Shown here piece by piece: positions 39,716 through 50,776 of a DNA stretch of 64,000 bases. A program made the position numbers and the translations under genes. Source of the stretch: Malacoraja senta (lineage: Eukaryota); NCBI GenBank assembly GCA_038087875.1, contig JAXLNO010000481.1, forward strand, positions 1-64,000, given 5' to 3'. The notes under the pieces were generated by a model, which was not told where the DNA came from, ran no database searches, and was given only the letters and a program-made list of their open reading frames with translations. Position 1 is the first letter of the stretch, and each line of letters starts with the position of its first letter.

Positions 39716-40711
39716 ATGAAAAGTACATCTCCAGGTCAGAGCCCACAGAGGAAAATCTCAAAACATCTGCTGAAGACTCTGGAACAGCAAGAAACTTCAG
39801 AACTGACCTCTGGAGAGGTCTCTGGAATGGCTACTCGATCTGCAAAAGAGAAAGCCGAAATGGAGGACTTAAGAAACTCGGTAAGAGATATCAAAAATGA
39901 TATGGAAGCTGGGAACAGTAAATTGATGGCCGGTAATGATAAAATACTTGAGGGTATTGAGGCTCTCCAAAAAAGAATTGAAGGTGTGGAAAAAGGATTA
40001 TCGATAAAAATTGAAAAGGTGGCAGAAGAGACCATAAAGAGGTTTGAGGCTGTGCACGAAACTGTGGCTGCAAATGCATCTGCAGTGAAAGATTTGGAAG
40101 CTGCTGTGGAAGTGATGGCTGGAGAGATGCAGACTATGAAGTCAGAAATAGATAGTCTCAAGAACCAAGTCACAAAGGTTTCGAATAAATGTGTTGACCT
40201 AGAAGCTCGCTCAAGACGTCAAAATATAAGAATACGTGGTGTAAAAGAGGGAGCTGAGGGGGACAATGTTTGTGAGTTCGCTGCCAACCTAATTAAACAC
40301 GTACTGAAGCTACCAGAAGTACCTGTAATTGAAGTAGCACATCGACTCCCTAGATTTAAATCAAGATCTCAAGGAGAACGTGCCTACCCACGACAGATCA
40401 TAATTAAACTTCGGGATATCTCAACAATGGAAGCGCTGATGAAAAAAATCAACCACGGAGAGAAGATGATGTACAGAGGTGATACTATTAAACTCCTACG
40501 GGACTACCCTTATGAGATTGAGCAAAAGAGAAGAAAGTTCTCACAGACCAGAGAAGTTCTTTATGGTGTTAAGGGAGTTTTGTGTGGAGTGTTCTATCCG
40601 GCTAGAATGCGTATTACCTTTGAGGGAGTGTCAAAAACATTCACTAATTCGGATGAATCTCTCAAATACGCTCAAGAAATCGCGACTGAGGCTGCATCAA
40701 CTGGAGATTGA
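39716..40711 (+). CDS. L1 ORF1p (coiled coil + RRM/CTD), 331 aa, intact
   Basis: Heptad region then DLEARSRRQNIRIRGVKE, IEVAHR, PRQIII and YPARMRI motifs typical of L1 ORF1. Confidence 0.92.
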   Translation: MKSTSPGQSPQRKISKHLLKTLEQQETSELTSGEVSGMATRSAKEKAEMEDLRNSVRDIKNDMEAGNSKLMAGNDKILEGIEALQKRIEGVEKGLSIKIEKVAEETIKRFEAVHETVAANASAVKDLEAAVEVMAGEMQTMKSEIDSLKNQVTKVSNKCVDLEARSRRQNIRIRGVKEGAEGDNVCEFAANLIKHVLKLPEVPVIEVAHRLPRFKSRSQGERAYPRQIIIKLRDISTMEALMKKINHGEKMMYRGDTIKLLRDYPYEIEQKRRKFSQTREVLYGVKGVLCGVFYPARMRITFEGVSKTFTNSDESLKYAQEIATEAASTGD

Positions 40712-41929
40712 AAACCAAGACGACATGAACAAACGAACTTGCTTATTCTCCCAACATGAGTATCACAAGGAAAGTGAATTAACTGAACACTGATTTTTTA
40801 TTTTTTATTTGACTTCAAGCAACAGATTCTTAGTGAGACGTGGCTAGACATTATTATCTTCGCTGGAACATTGTGCTATGTAATTCAAGGACACTACGTG
40901 CTCAAACGAGGAAAACCTGATAACACGGGACGAACTGCTGGGCTGAGAGTGAAAAACATCACATGGCTTATATTGTTTATAAAAAACTGAAAAAACTGAG
41001 AACTAATAATAATTAATAATTAACAATACTAATATAGAAATAGCAATTGTAATAGATAAAAAATGTGCAGCCTGCTCTGTTTAGCAGATAACAGCAAGTG
41101 CTATGCAGCTCGAGAGTGGAGGGAGGGGGAGACCGGGTACCTGGCATAACTCCAGGAGCCAGACTCCCGTTAACCCTTCCAGCGAACAGCTCATTTTTAA
41201 CAATATTAAAACCAATTTAAAATAGTTAAGAGATAATATACACTCGAGGTTGGTATGAAAAATATATACGGCTTATATAGTTTTACAAAATGCTGAGAAT
41301 TAATCATAATTAATAATTAACAATACTAATATAGAAATAATATTTGAAACTGATAAAACTGTGGTGCCTGCGTCATAACGCAGACAGCAGTTATCACATA
41401 TGTTCGCAGCTCGTGGAGAGGAGAGGAGATCAGGCACCTGGCACAATTCCAGGAACCTGACTCCGGTTAATCCACTCAGTAAACCGCTCACTTTAACAAT
41501 ACTAAATTCATTTTAAAATAGTTAAGAGATAAAGAGTGAGTAGGATATGGAATCGAATACATTTGACATATATATAAATTGTAACTGGGTGAAATAGAAC
41601 TGAATTGGAAACGGTAATGACCCCATAGATTTTGGGTAATAAATACAGCGGGGCTAACTTTATACCAACTACGCCGGAAGCGTTATGGATGTCGTACCCC
41701 ACAGACGAGTGGGCCACTCACTACGGTGTTGAAATTTTAGACACCGTAAATTTATTTGATTTATATACTTTTTTTTTAATCACAATATGTCACATCTGTG
41801 TGTTTTTTCTTCAAGGACAATCGCGCAGGAGAACTACCAAGGAAGTCTATAATAGAAATACTCCCAAAATAACCAGAGTCCGGAGGTATGAACGCACCAC
41901 AATAATTAAGGTCATTAAAACTGGTAAAA

Positions 41930-44900
41930 ATGCATGACGACAATCAAAAGAAAATAGGAGGAATCACATTATGTAGTTGGAATATAAGGGGGATTAATGA
42001 ACCTATTAAAAGGGGCAAGATAATAGCTCAGTTGAAATCATACAACACGGACATTGCGTTTCTACAGGAAACACATCTTAAACAGCAAGATCAGACAAGA
42101 CTGAGGGCGAACTGGATAGGCCAAACATTTCACTCTTCATTTACCTCCAAATCTAGAGGTACTGCAATTATTATTCGTAAAGGAATTCCATTTAAATCAA
42201 AGAACACTATTTTAGATAAGGAAGGGAGATATCTTATAGTAGCAGGGGAGATCAATAATATGCCAATTACGCTGGTAAACATATATGCGCCCAACTTTGA
42301 TAACCCTCAATTTTTTAATAAAATTCTGAATATAATTGCAGAATCTAATTATCAAAATGTTATAATCGGAGGAGATTTTAATTGTGTTTTAGATCCTTAT
42401 TTAGATAAATCGATGCAAAAACAAAAAGGTCAGACGAAATCTAAAACCAGTGAACTATTGCACACATATATGGAAAACACAAATATAACAGATGTATGGA
42501 GGATTGCAAACCCGACGGGAAGGGATTACTCGTTTTATTCAATGGTGCATAAAACATATTCACGGATAGACTATTTTCTTGTGGATACAAAATTAATTCC
42601 GCAATCTTTGAATCCTAAATATCATATTAATGCGATCTCAGATCATTCTCCGTTAACTTTTGTTCTAAAACTAGAAGGAATGTCTATGAATAAACCGTTC
42701 TGGAGGTTTAACTCACACATTTTAAAAGACCCTCAAGGGAGTATCTATCTAAAAAAACAGATGGATCTATTTTTTGAGTTAAATGATACACCAGAGATAT
42801 CCCCCACGTTATTATGGGAATCCTTCAAAGCATTTATAAGAGGAGTCATTATTTCATTTCAAGCTTATCAAAATAAAAAGAATAAGAATGAACAAAGACA
42901 CTTAGAAGATCAAATAAAACAGTTAGATATAGATAATGCTAAAGACCCAACTATGGATAAACATAATAAAATACTACTACTGAAATTTCAGTTAAATAAA
43001 TTACTGTCAGAGAAAGTTATAACATTATTTCAAATCACAAAACAAGAACACTTCGAATTCGGGGACAAACCCCACAAACTTCTAGCACGACAACTTAAAA
43101 AACGGGAAAAAGAGAATGCAATATTAAAGATTAAATCAGATAGAGGGGAAGTATTAACACTACCCAAGGATATTAATAAAAGATTTGCTCAATTTTACCA
43201 GAATCTATACACATCTAAAACGTCAATAGACAATAATAAAATCTCAGAATTTTTAGATAATTGTAATCTACCACAATTAGAACGCAGGGAACAAGAGGAA
43301 CTGGGAGCACAAATTACTTCTAAGGAGATAGAAGACACAATAAAAACACTAAAAAATGGAAAAACACCAGGACCAGACGGATTCAGTAATGAATTTTATA
43401 AATCTTTTTATGATATAGTTACTCCACGATTACAAAAAATGTATACATATGCTTATAAAGAGCAAAACCTACCTGAAACACTAGCGGAATCAACGATCAT
43501 ATTAATACTTAAAAAAGATAAAAATATAGAAGAACCAGGATCATATAGAGCTATTGCTTTGTTAAATACGGATCAGAAAATAATAGCAAAAACATTAGCC
43601 AATAGATTAAGCAAGTATGTTAGTAGACTAATACATGAGGATCAAACAGGATTTATACCTAAGAGACACTCATTTAATAATTTGAGACGTTTGCTTAACA
43701 TAATGCATTCACATAAATCCTATGACCAAGAGTTAGCTATCATCTCACTGGACGCAGAAAAAGCGTTTGATCAAGTAGAATGGGACTATATGATCAAAGT
43801 ATTGCAAAAATTCCAATTGGGAGAAAACTTTATTGCATGGATAAAACTACTATATAACAAACCTACGGCTAGAATACTAACTAATAATATATTATCTTCA
43901 AAATTCGAATTATCTAGGGGCAACAGACAAGGATGTTCACTATCACCGCTGTTATTTGCTTTGGTAATTGAACCCCTTGCTGAAAAAATAAGAACACACT
44001 CGAATATTCACGGTTATAACACAAAATATTCAAACAACAAACTATCCCTATATGCTGATGATGTACTACTGTACATCACAAAACCACAAATTAGTATACC
44101 AAATATATTAAACTTAATTGAGGACTTTGGATCCTTTTCAGGATATAGAATAAATTGGAACAAAAGTGAAATTATGTCGATTAAACCAAAAGACTCAACA
44201 CATCTCAGGAAATTCCCTTTTAAAATAGCTATGGAAAAATTCAAATATTTAGGAATTGAGATCACTAGAAATTACCATGATATGTTTAAAGCTAATTATA
44301 ATCCCCTACTTAAGAAATTAAATAATTTGATTAAATTTTGGAAAACACTTCCGATGTCCTTAATAGGTAGGATAAATGCTATAAAAATGATTTTCTTACC
44401 ACAAATCCTTTACCTATTTCAATCAATACCTATATATCTCCCAAAAAAGTTTTTCAAAAAACTGGACTCAGACATTACAAATTTTATATGGGATTACAAA
44501 TCCCACAGAATACAAAGAACACACCTTAACAAACGAAAAGAGTTGGGGGGTCTAGCGCTCCCTAACTTTATGTATTATAACTGGGCAGTAAATATTAAAA
44601 ATATGATTCACCTGCTGGACAATTCTGCCCAGCAGGTGGACTGGATTATAATGGAAAAAGGGGATTGCTCCCCGAATAATATAGGAGCGATTATTCTCTC
44701 TCCAATAAATTTGAATAATAAAAATTATAATAAAAATCCAATTATATATAGCACTATTAGAACATGGAAGCAAATAAAACAGAATCTAAAATTAAGAAAC
44801 CTATCTCTCTTAATACCAATAGTCAATAACCCATCGTTTAAACCTTCAATCATAGATAAAGCATTTATACAATGGGAAAGAATGGGAATCAAAACGCTCG

Positions 44901-44986
44901 AAGATCTGTATGAATTAGAAAAATTACTATCATTCCAACAACTACAACTGAAATATAATTTGAAAAATAACCCATTCCCTCCTTAA
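41930..44986 (+). CDS. L1 ORF2p APE endonuclease + reverse transcriptase, truncated at the inversion breakpoint
   Basis: SWNIRG, LQETH, GGDFN, SRIDYF, SDH (EN); DAEKAFD, RQGCSLSP, YADD (RT); last residues come from the target site. Confidence 0.95.
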   Translation: MHDDNQKKIGGITLCSWNIRGINEPIKRGKIIAQLKSYNTDIAFLQETHLKQQDQTRLRANWIGQTFHSSFTSKSRGTAIIIRKGIPFKSKNTILDKEGRYLIVAGEINNMPITLVNIYAPNFDNPQFFNKILNIIAESNYQNVIIGGDFNCVLDPYLDKSMQKQKGQTKSKTSELLHTYMENTNITDVWRIANPTGRDYSFYSMVHKTYSRIDYFLVDTKLIPQSLNPKYHINAISDHSPLTFVLKLEGMSMNKPFWRFNSHILKDPQGSIYLKKQMDLFFELNDTPEISPTLLWESFKAFIRGVIISFQAYQNKKNKNEQRHLEDQIKQLDIDNAKDPTMDKHNKILLLKFQLNKLLSEKVITLFQITKQEHFEFGDKPHKLLARQLKKREKENAILKIKSDRGEVLTLPKDINKRFAQFYQNLYTSKTSIDNNKISEFLDNCNLPQLERREQEELGAQITSKEIEDTIKTLKNGKTPGPDGFSNEFYKSFYDIVTPRLQKMYTYAYKEQNLPETLAESTIILILKKDKNIEEPGSYRAIALLNTDQKIIAKTLANRLSKYVSRLIHEDQTGFIPKRHSFNNLRRLLNIMHSHKSYDQELAIISLDAEKAFDQVEWDYMIKVLQKFQLGENFIAWIKLLYNKPTARILTNNILSSKFELSRGNRQGCSLSPLLFALVIEPLAEKIRTHSNIHGYNTKYSNNKLSLYADDVLLYITKPQISIPNILNLIEDFGSFSGYRINWNKSEIMSIKPKDSTHLRKFPFKIAMEKFKYLGIEITRNYHDMFKANYNPLLKKLNNLIKFWKTLPMSLIGRINAIKMIFLPQILYLFQSIPIYLPKKFFKKLDSDITNFIWDYKSHRIQRTHLNKRKELGGLALPNFMYYNWAVNIKNMIHLLDNSAQQVDWIIMEKGDCSPNNIGAIILSPINLNNKNYNKNPIIYSTIRTWKQIKQNLKLRNLSLLIPIVNNPSFKPSIIDKAFIQWERMGIKTLEDLYELEKLLSFQQLQLKYNLKNNPFPP

Positions 44987-45256
44987 CGGACGTTTATTTC
45001 TCCTACACTTACTGGTTTCATACATTTCTACTTGTCCTTTCTCCTCCTCTCTCCATGACTCTCCGCCCCTCACTCTGAATCTCTACCCTCTCCGCAACGC
45101 TCCAACTCCACTCTCCCTGGGGTATTCTCCTCCCCCTCACTCCAGTCCCCCTCCTCCCCCACTCTACACTCTCTGCTCCTCCACTCCAGACACTCTCTTC
45201 TCATGTTCTCCTCCCTAACCCATCCCCCACTGCTCCAATGATCCCTCCATCGATAC

Positions 45257-45349
45257 CTGAGCTTGAATCTTGTTCTGGGACGGTGGACAAATCCTCCTGG
45301 GGTTGGGCTGTTGTTTCCTGGGGTTCCCCAGTTGGTACGGAGTGTGGAT
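45257..45349 (-). CDS. Exon A8 (93 nt), same peptide as A7
   Basis: Conserved AG/GT, open frame. Confidence 0.8.
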
Positions 45350-47279
45350 CTGTAATAAAGTGTGGACAGACAGTGGGTGTAGTGGGGAAATAATCCAGCA
45401 GCTCTGAAGAGCACGGAAATGAGCCTTGTCTGGTGTTTCAGTGGGAGAGCATTTTGTGAACAATGATCACAGTTTTAAGAGAGTTATGAATACACAATGG
45501 ACAATAGACAATAGGTGCAGGAGTAGGCCGTTTGGCCCTTTGAGCCAGCACCACCATTCAATGTGATCATGGCTGATCATCCCCAATCAGTACCCCGTTC
45601 CTGATTTCTCCCCATATCCCCTGACTCTGCTATTTTTAAGAGCCCTATTGAAAGCATCCAGAGAACCTGCCTCCACCGCCCTCTGAGGCAGTGAATTCCA
45701 CAGACTCACCCACTCTCTGTGAGAAAAAGTGTTTCCTCGTCTCCGTTCTAAATGGCTTACTCCTTATTCTTAAACTGTGTCCCCTGGTTCTGGACTCCCC
45801 CAACATCGGGAACATGTTTCCTGCCTCTAGCGTGTCCAAACCCTTAACAATTTTATATGTTTCAATGAGATACCCTCTCATCCTTCTAAACTCCAGAGTA
45901 TACTAGCCCAGCTGCTCCATTCTCTCAGCATATGACAGTCCCGCCATCCCGGGAATTAACCTTGTAAACCTACGCTGCACTCCCTCAATAGCAAGAATGT
46001 CCTTCCTCAAATTAGGGGACCAAAACTGCACACAATACTCCAGGTGTGGTCTCACTAGAGCTCTGTACAACTGCAGAAGGACCTCTTTGCTCCTATATTC
46101 GATCCCTCTTGTTATAAAGGCCAACATGCCATTCGCTTTCTTCACTGCCTGCTGTACCTGCATGCTTACTTTCATAGACTGATGTACAAGGACCCCCAGA
46201 TCCCGTTGTACTTCCCCTTTTCCCAACTTGATGCCATTTAGATAGTAATCTGTCTTCCTGTTGTTGCTACCAAAGTGGATAACCTCACATTTATCCACAT
46301 TAAACTGCATCTGCCATGCATCGGCCCACTTCCCCAACCTGTCAACCCTGCATTCTCATAGCATCCTCCTCACAGTACACACTGCCACCCAGCTTTGTGT
46401 AATCTGCAAATTTGCTAATGTTACTTTGAATCCCTTCATCCAAATCATTGATGTATATTGTAAATAGCTGCGGTCCCAGCACAGAGCCTTGCGGTACCCC
46501 ACTAGTCACTGCCTGCCATTCCGAAAGGGACCCGATAATCCCCACTCTTTGTTTCCTGTCTGCCAACCACTTCTCTATCCATGTCAGCACTCTAACATGT
46601 CTGTCTGGACCTTGGGGGAAGTATTAAATTGGGGCAAGGTACATTACAGCATTATTAGACTGACACTAGGGAGACTAAAATGGGGGCAGCTTTTATTAGG
46701 TAAGCCCACATCTGACGTTGGAGTTTCGCTGGGATATGTCCATGTTCTCCGGAGATGCTGCTTGACCTGCTGAGTTAGTCCAGCACTTTGTGTCTTTTGT
46801 AAATGTGTAGAGATGATAAATTTGGTGAAGGTGCAGATGGTGAGGAAGGTTGTCAAAGTATTCAGTGGCATGTAGATTTGCTACAGAAATGGGCAGAGAA
46901 TGAGCTGATGGAGTTCAATCCGAGTAAGTGTGAGGTGTTGCCGTTTGGAAGGCCGTATATATGGAGAAATGATGGTTAATAGCGAGACCCTTGAGACCAT
47001 TGATGTACAGAGGGATTTTGGAGTCCAAGTCCATAACAACCTGAAAGTGCCAATGATAGAAAGGCATATGGTTTGTTGCCTTCATCGGTCAGGGCTTTGA
47101 GAATCACAGGTAGTGGCTGTCAAGGAGTTTTTTGTTTAGACAAGTGGACATGCAATGAATGGAGGGATATGGATTAGGTGCAGGCAGAGGAGATATGTTT
47201 AACGGCATTATCTGCGGCACGGATATTGTGGGACAATGGGCTTGTTCCTGTGCTGTGCTGTTCTCCCCACCACTGATAC

Positions 47280-47375
47280 CTGAGCTTGCTGACCCTGCTG
47301 GGTCACTGGTCGAACCCTGACCAGAGTCTCTACTCGTTGCTCCCTGGGGTTCCTGAGTTGTGCCCAACGGTGGAT
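47280..47375 (-). CDS. Exon B6 (96 nt), same peptide as B4
   Basis: Conserved AG/GT, open frame. Confidence 0.82.
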
Positions 47376-48547
47376 CTGGAACAAGAGAATGGAGGTGGGA
47401 TAGGGAGGGTGAGAGATGAAAACATAATGATCAGCTGATCAGGTGGGAAGTCGGCTGCAGAGACAAAGAGTCCTTGCTAACACCACAACATACCAAGGGT
47501 CACAGGTCACACGTTTCACCTTCAACATTACAAACTCCTCGAACACGGTCTATGCCTCACTCCCTTGTAAAGCCATGCTTTTGTAGAGTACTCTCACACT
47601 CTCTCTCTGACTCTCTCTCTCTCTCTCTGACTCTCTCTCTCTGACTCTCTCTCTCTGGAACTCTCTCTCTCTCTCTGACTCTCTCTAACTCTCTCTCTCT
47701 CTAACTCTCTCTAATTCTCTCTCTGACTCTCTCTGACTCTCTCTCTGACTCCAGCATTCAGCCCCTGCCCCTATGGGTCAGTCTGTCTACAAAATACATT
47801 ATCCTCAAGCTCCCCACTTATTTCCACTTCATCCTCAATCTCATGTCCATAAATTCATGTCATGGAACAGAATGAGGCAATTCGGCCCATTGACTATTCA
47901 TGGCTGATATATCGTTCCCAATCAACCCTATTCTCCTGCCTTCTCCCCTAAACCTTTGACCAACTTTTGTAAATCTCCACTTTAAAAATACCATCATCTT
48001 GGAGATACCAATGTCCTCAGCCTTTGTGGCAATGAATTCGACAGATTCACCACCCTCTGGCTCAATAAATCCTCCTCAACTTCTTTCTAAAGGTATGTCT
48101 CTTTATTCTGAGGCTGTGCCCACTGGTCCTATACTCTTTCAACACTGGAAACATCCTCTCCAATTCCACTCTATCTAGGCCTCTCATTATAGGGTAAGTT
48201 TTCATGTGATCACCCCCTCATCTTTCTAAACTCCAGTGAGTACAGGCCCGATCTCCAGTCACCCATTCCCTCCTTAACGGCCGTTTATTTCTCCTACACT
48301 TACTGGTTTCATACATTTCTACTTGTCCTTTCTCCTCCTCTCTCCATGACTCTCCGCCCCTCATTCTGAATCTCTACCCTCTCCGCAACGCTCCAACTCC
48401 ACTCTCCCTGGGGTATTCTCCTCCCCCCCACTCCAGTCCCCCTCCTCCCCCACTCTACACTCTCTGCTCCTCCACTCCAGACCCTCTCTTCTCATGTTCT
48501 CCTCCCTAACCCATCCCCTACTGCTCCAATGATCCCTCCATCGATAC

Positions 48548-48640
48548 CTGAGCTTGAATCTTGTTCTGGGACGGTGGACAACTCCTCCTGGGGTTGGGCT
48601 GTTGTTTCCTGGGGTTCATCAGTTGGTACGGAGTGTGGAT
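48548..48640 (-). CDS. Exon A9 (93 nt): DPHSVPTDEPQETTAQPQEELSTVPEQDSSS
   Basis: Conserved AG/GT, open frame. Confidence 0.8.
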
Positions 48641-49263
48641 CTGTAATAAAGTGTGGACAGACCAGACAGTGGGTGTAGTGGGGAAATAATCCAGCAGCTC
48701 TGAAGTGCACGGAAATGAGCCTTGTCTGGTGTTTCAGTGGGAGAGCATTTTGTGAACAATGATCACAGTTTTAAGAGAGTTATGATACACAATGGACAAT
48801 ATACAATAGGTGCAGGAGTAGGCCATTTGGCCCTTTGAGCCAGCACCGCCATTCAATGTGATCATGGCTGATCATCCCCAATCAGTACCCCGTTCCTGCT
48901 TTCTCCCCATATCCCCTGACTCCGCTATTTTTAAGAGCCCTATTGAAAGCATCCAGAGAACCTGCCTCCACCGCCCTCTGAGGCAGTGAATTCCACAGAC
49001 TCACCACTCTCTGTGAGAAAAAGTGTTTCCTCGTCTCCTAAATGGCTTAATCCTTATTCTTAAACTGTGGCCCTGGTTCTGGACTCCCCAAATATCGGGA
49101 ACATGTTTCCTGCCTCTAGCGTGTCCAAACCCTTAACAATCTTATATATTTCAATGAGATAACTTCTCATCCTTCTAAACTCCAGAGTGTACAAGCCCAG
49201 CTGCTCCATTCTCTCAGCATATGACAGTCCCGCCATCCCGGGAATTAAACTTGTAAACCTACG

Positions 49264-49364
49264 GTACACAAAAATGCTGGAGAAACTCAGCGGGTGCAGC
49301 AGCATCTATGGAGCGAAGGAAAAAAAAAAGAAAAGAAAAAAAAAGAAAAAAAAAGAAACACAAT
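49264..49364. mobile_element. 101-bp insertion: Penelope-like terminal fragment + A-rich tract
   Basis: Absent from paralogous units; 6-bp duplication CCTACG (49258-49263, 49365-49370); matches one arm of the palindromic module. Confidence 0.75.
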
Positions 49365-50680
49365 CCTACGCTGCACTGCCTCAATAGCAAGAATGTCCTT
49401 CCTCAAATTAGGGGACCAAAACTGCACACAATACTCCTGGTGTGGTTTCACGAGGGCTCTGTACAACTGCAGAAGGATCTCTTTGCTCCTATATTCGATC
49501 CCTCTTGTTATAAAGGCCAACATGCCATTCGCTTTCTTCACTGCCTGCTGTACCTGCATGCTTACTTTCATAGACTGATGTACAAGGACCCCCAGATCCC
49601 GTTGTACTTCCCCTTTTCCCAACTTGATGCCATTTAGATAGTAATCTGCCTTCCTGTTGTTGCTACCAAAGTGGATAACCTCACATGTATCCGCATTAAA
49701 CTTCATCTGCCATGCATCGGCCCACTCCCCCAACCTGTCCAAGTCACCCTGCATTCTCATAGCATCCTCCTCACAGTTCACCCTGCCACCCAGCTTTGTG
49801 TCATCTGCAAATTTGATAATGTTACTTTGAATCCCTTCATCCAAATCATTGATGTATATTGTAAATAGCTGCGGTCCCAGCACAGAGCCTTGCGGTACCC
49901 CACTAGTCACTGCCTGCCATTCTGAAAGGGACCCGTTAATCCCTACTCTTTGTTTCCTGTCTGCCAACCACTTCTCTATCCATGTCAGCACTCTAACATG
50001 TCTGTCTGGACCTTGGGGGAAGTATTAAATTGGGGCAAGGTACATTACAGCATTATTAGACTGACACTAGGGAGACTAAAATGGGGGCAGCTTTTATTAG
50101 GTAAGCCCACATCTGACATTGGAGTTTCGCTGGGATATGTCCATGTTCTCCGGAGATGCTGCTTGACCTGCTGAGTTAGTCCAGCACTTTGTGTCTTTTG
50201 TAAATGTGTAGAGATGATAAATTTGGTGAAGGTGCAGATGGTGAGGAAGGTTGTCAAAGTATTCAGTGGGATGTAGATTTGCTACAGAAATGGGCAGAGA
50301 ATGAGCTGATGGAGTTCAATCCGAGTAAGTGTGAGGTGTTGCCGTTTGGAAGGCCGTATATATGGAGAAATGATGGTTAATAGCGAGACCCTTGAGACCA
50401 TTGATGTACAGAGGGATTTTGGAGTCCAAGTCCATAACAACCTGAAAGTGGCAATGATAGAAAGGCATATGGTTTGTTGCCTTCATCGGTCAGGGCTTTG
50501 AGAATCACAGGTAGTGGCTGTCAAGGAGTTTTTTGTTTAGGCAAGTGGACATGCAATGAATGGAGGGATATGGATTAGGTGCAGGCAGAGGAGATATGTT
50601 TAACGGCATTATCTGCGGCACGGATATTGTGGGACAATGGGCTTGTTCCTGTGCTGTGCTGTTCTCCCCACCACTGATAC

Positions 50681-50776
50681 CTGAGCTTGCTGACCCTGCT
50701 GGGTCACTGGTCGAACCCTGACCAGAGTCTCTACTCGTTGCTCCCTGGGGTTCCTGAGTTGTGCCCAACGGTGGAT
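50681..50776 (-). CDS. Exon B7 (96 nt), 5'-most recognisable exon
   Basis: Conserved AG/GT, open frame. Confidence 0.82.

Larger units (their letters stand above)
38340..44969. mobile_element. Full-length L1-clade LINE (~6.6 kb) with 5' inversion
   Basis: 15-bp TSD ACCCATTCCCTCCTT (38325-38339, 44970-44984); poly(A) and 3' part on - strand 38340-39524; 5' UTR, ORF1 and ORF2 on + strand 39524-44969. Confidence 0.95.
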
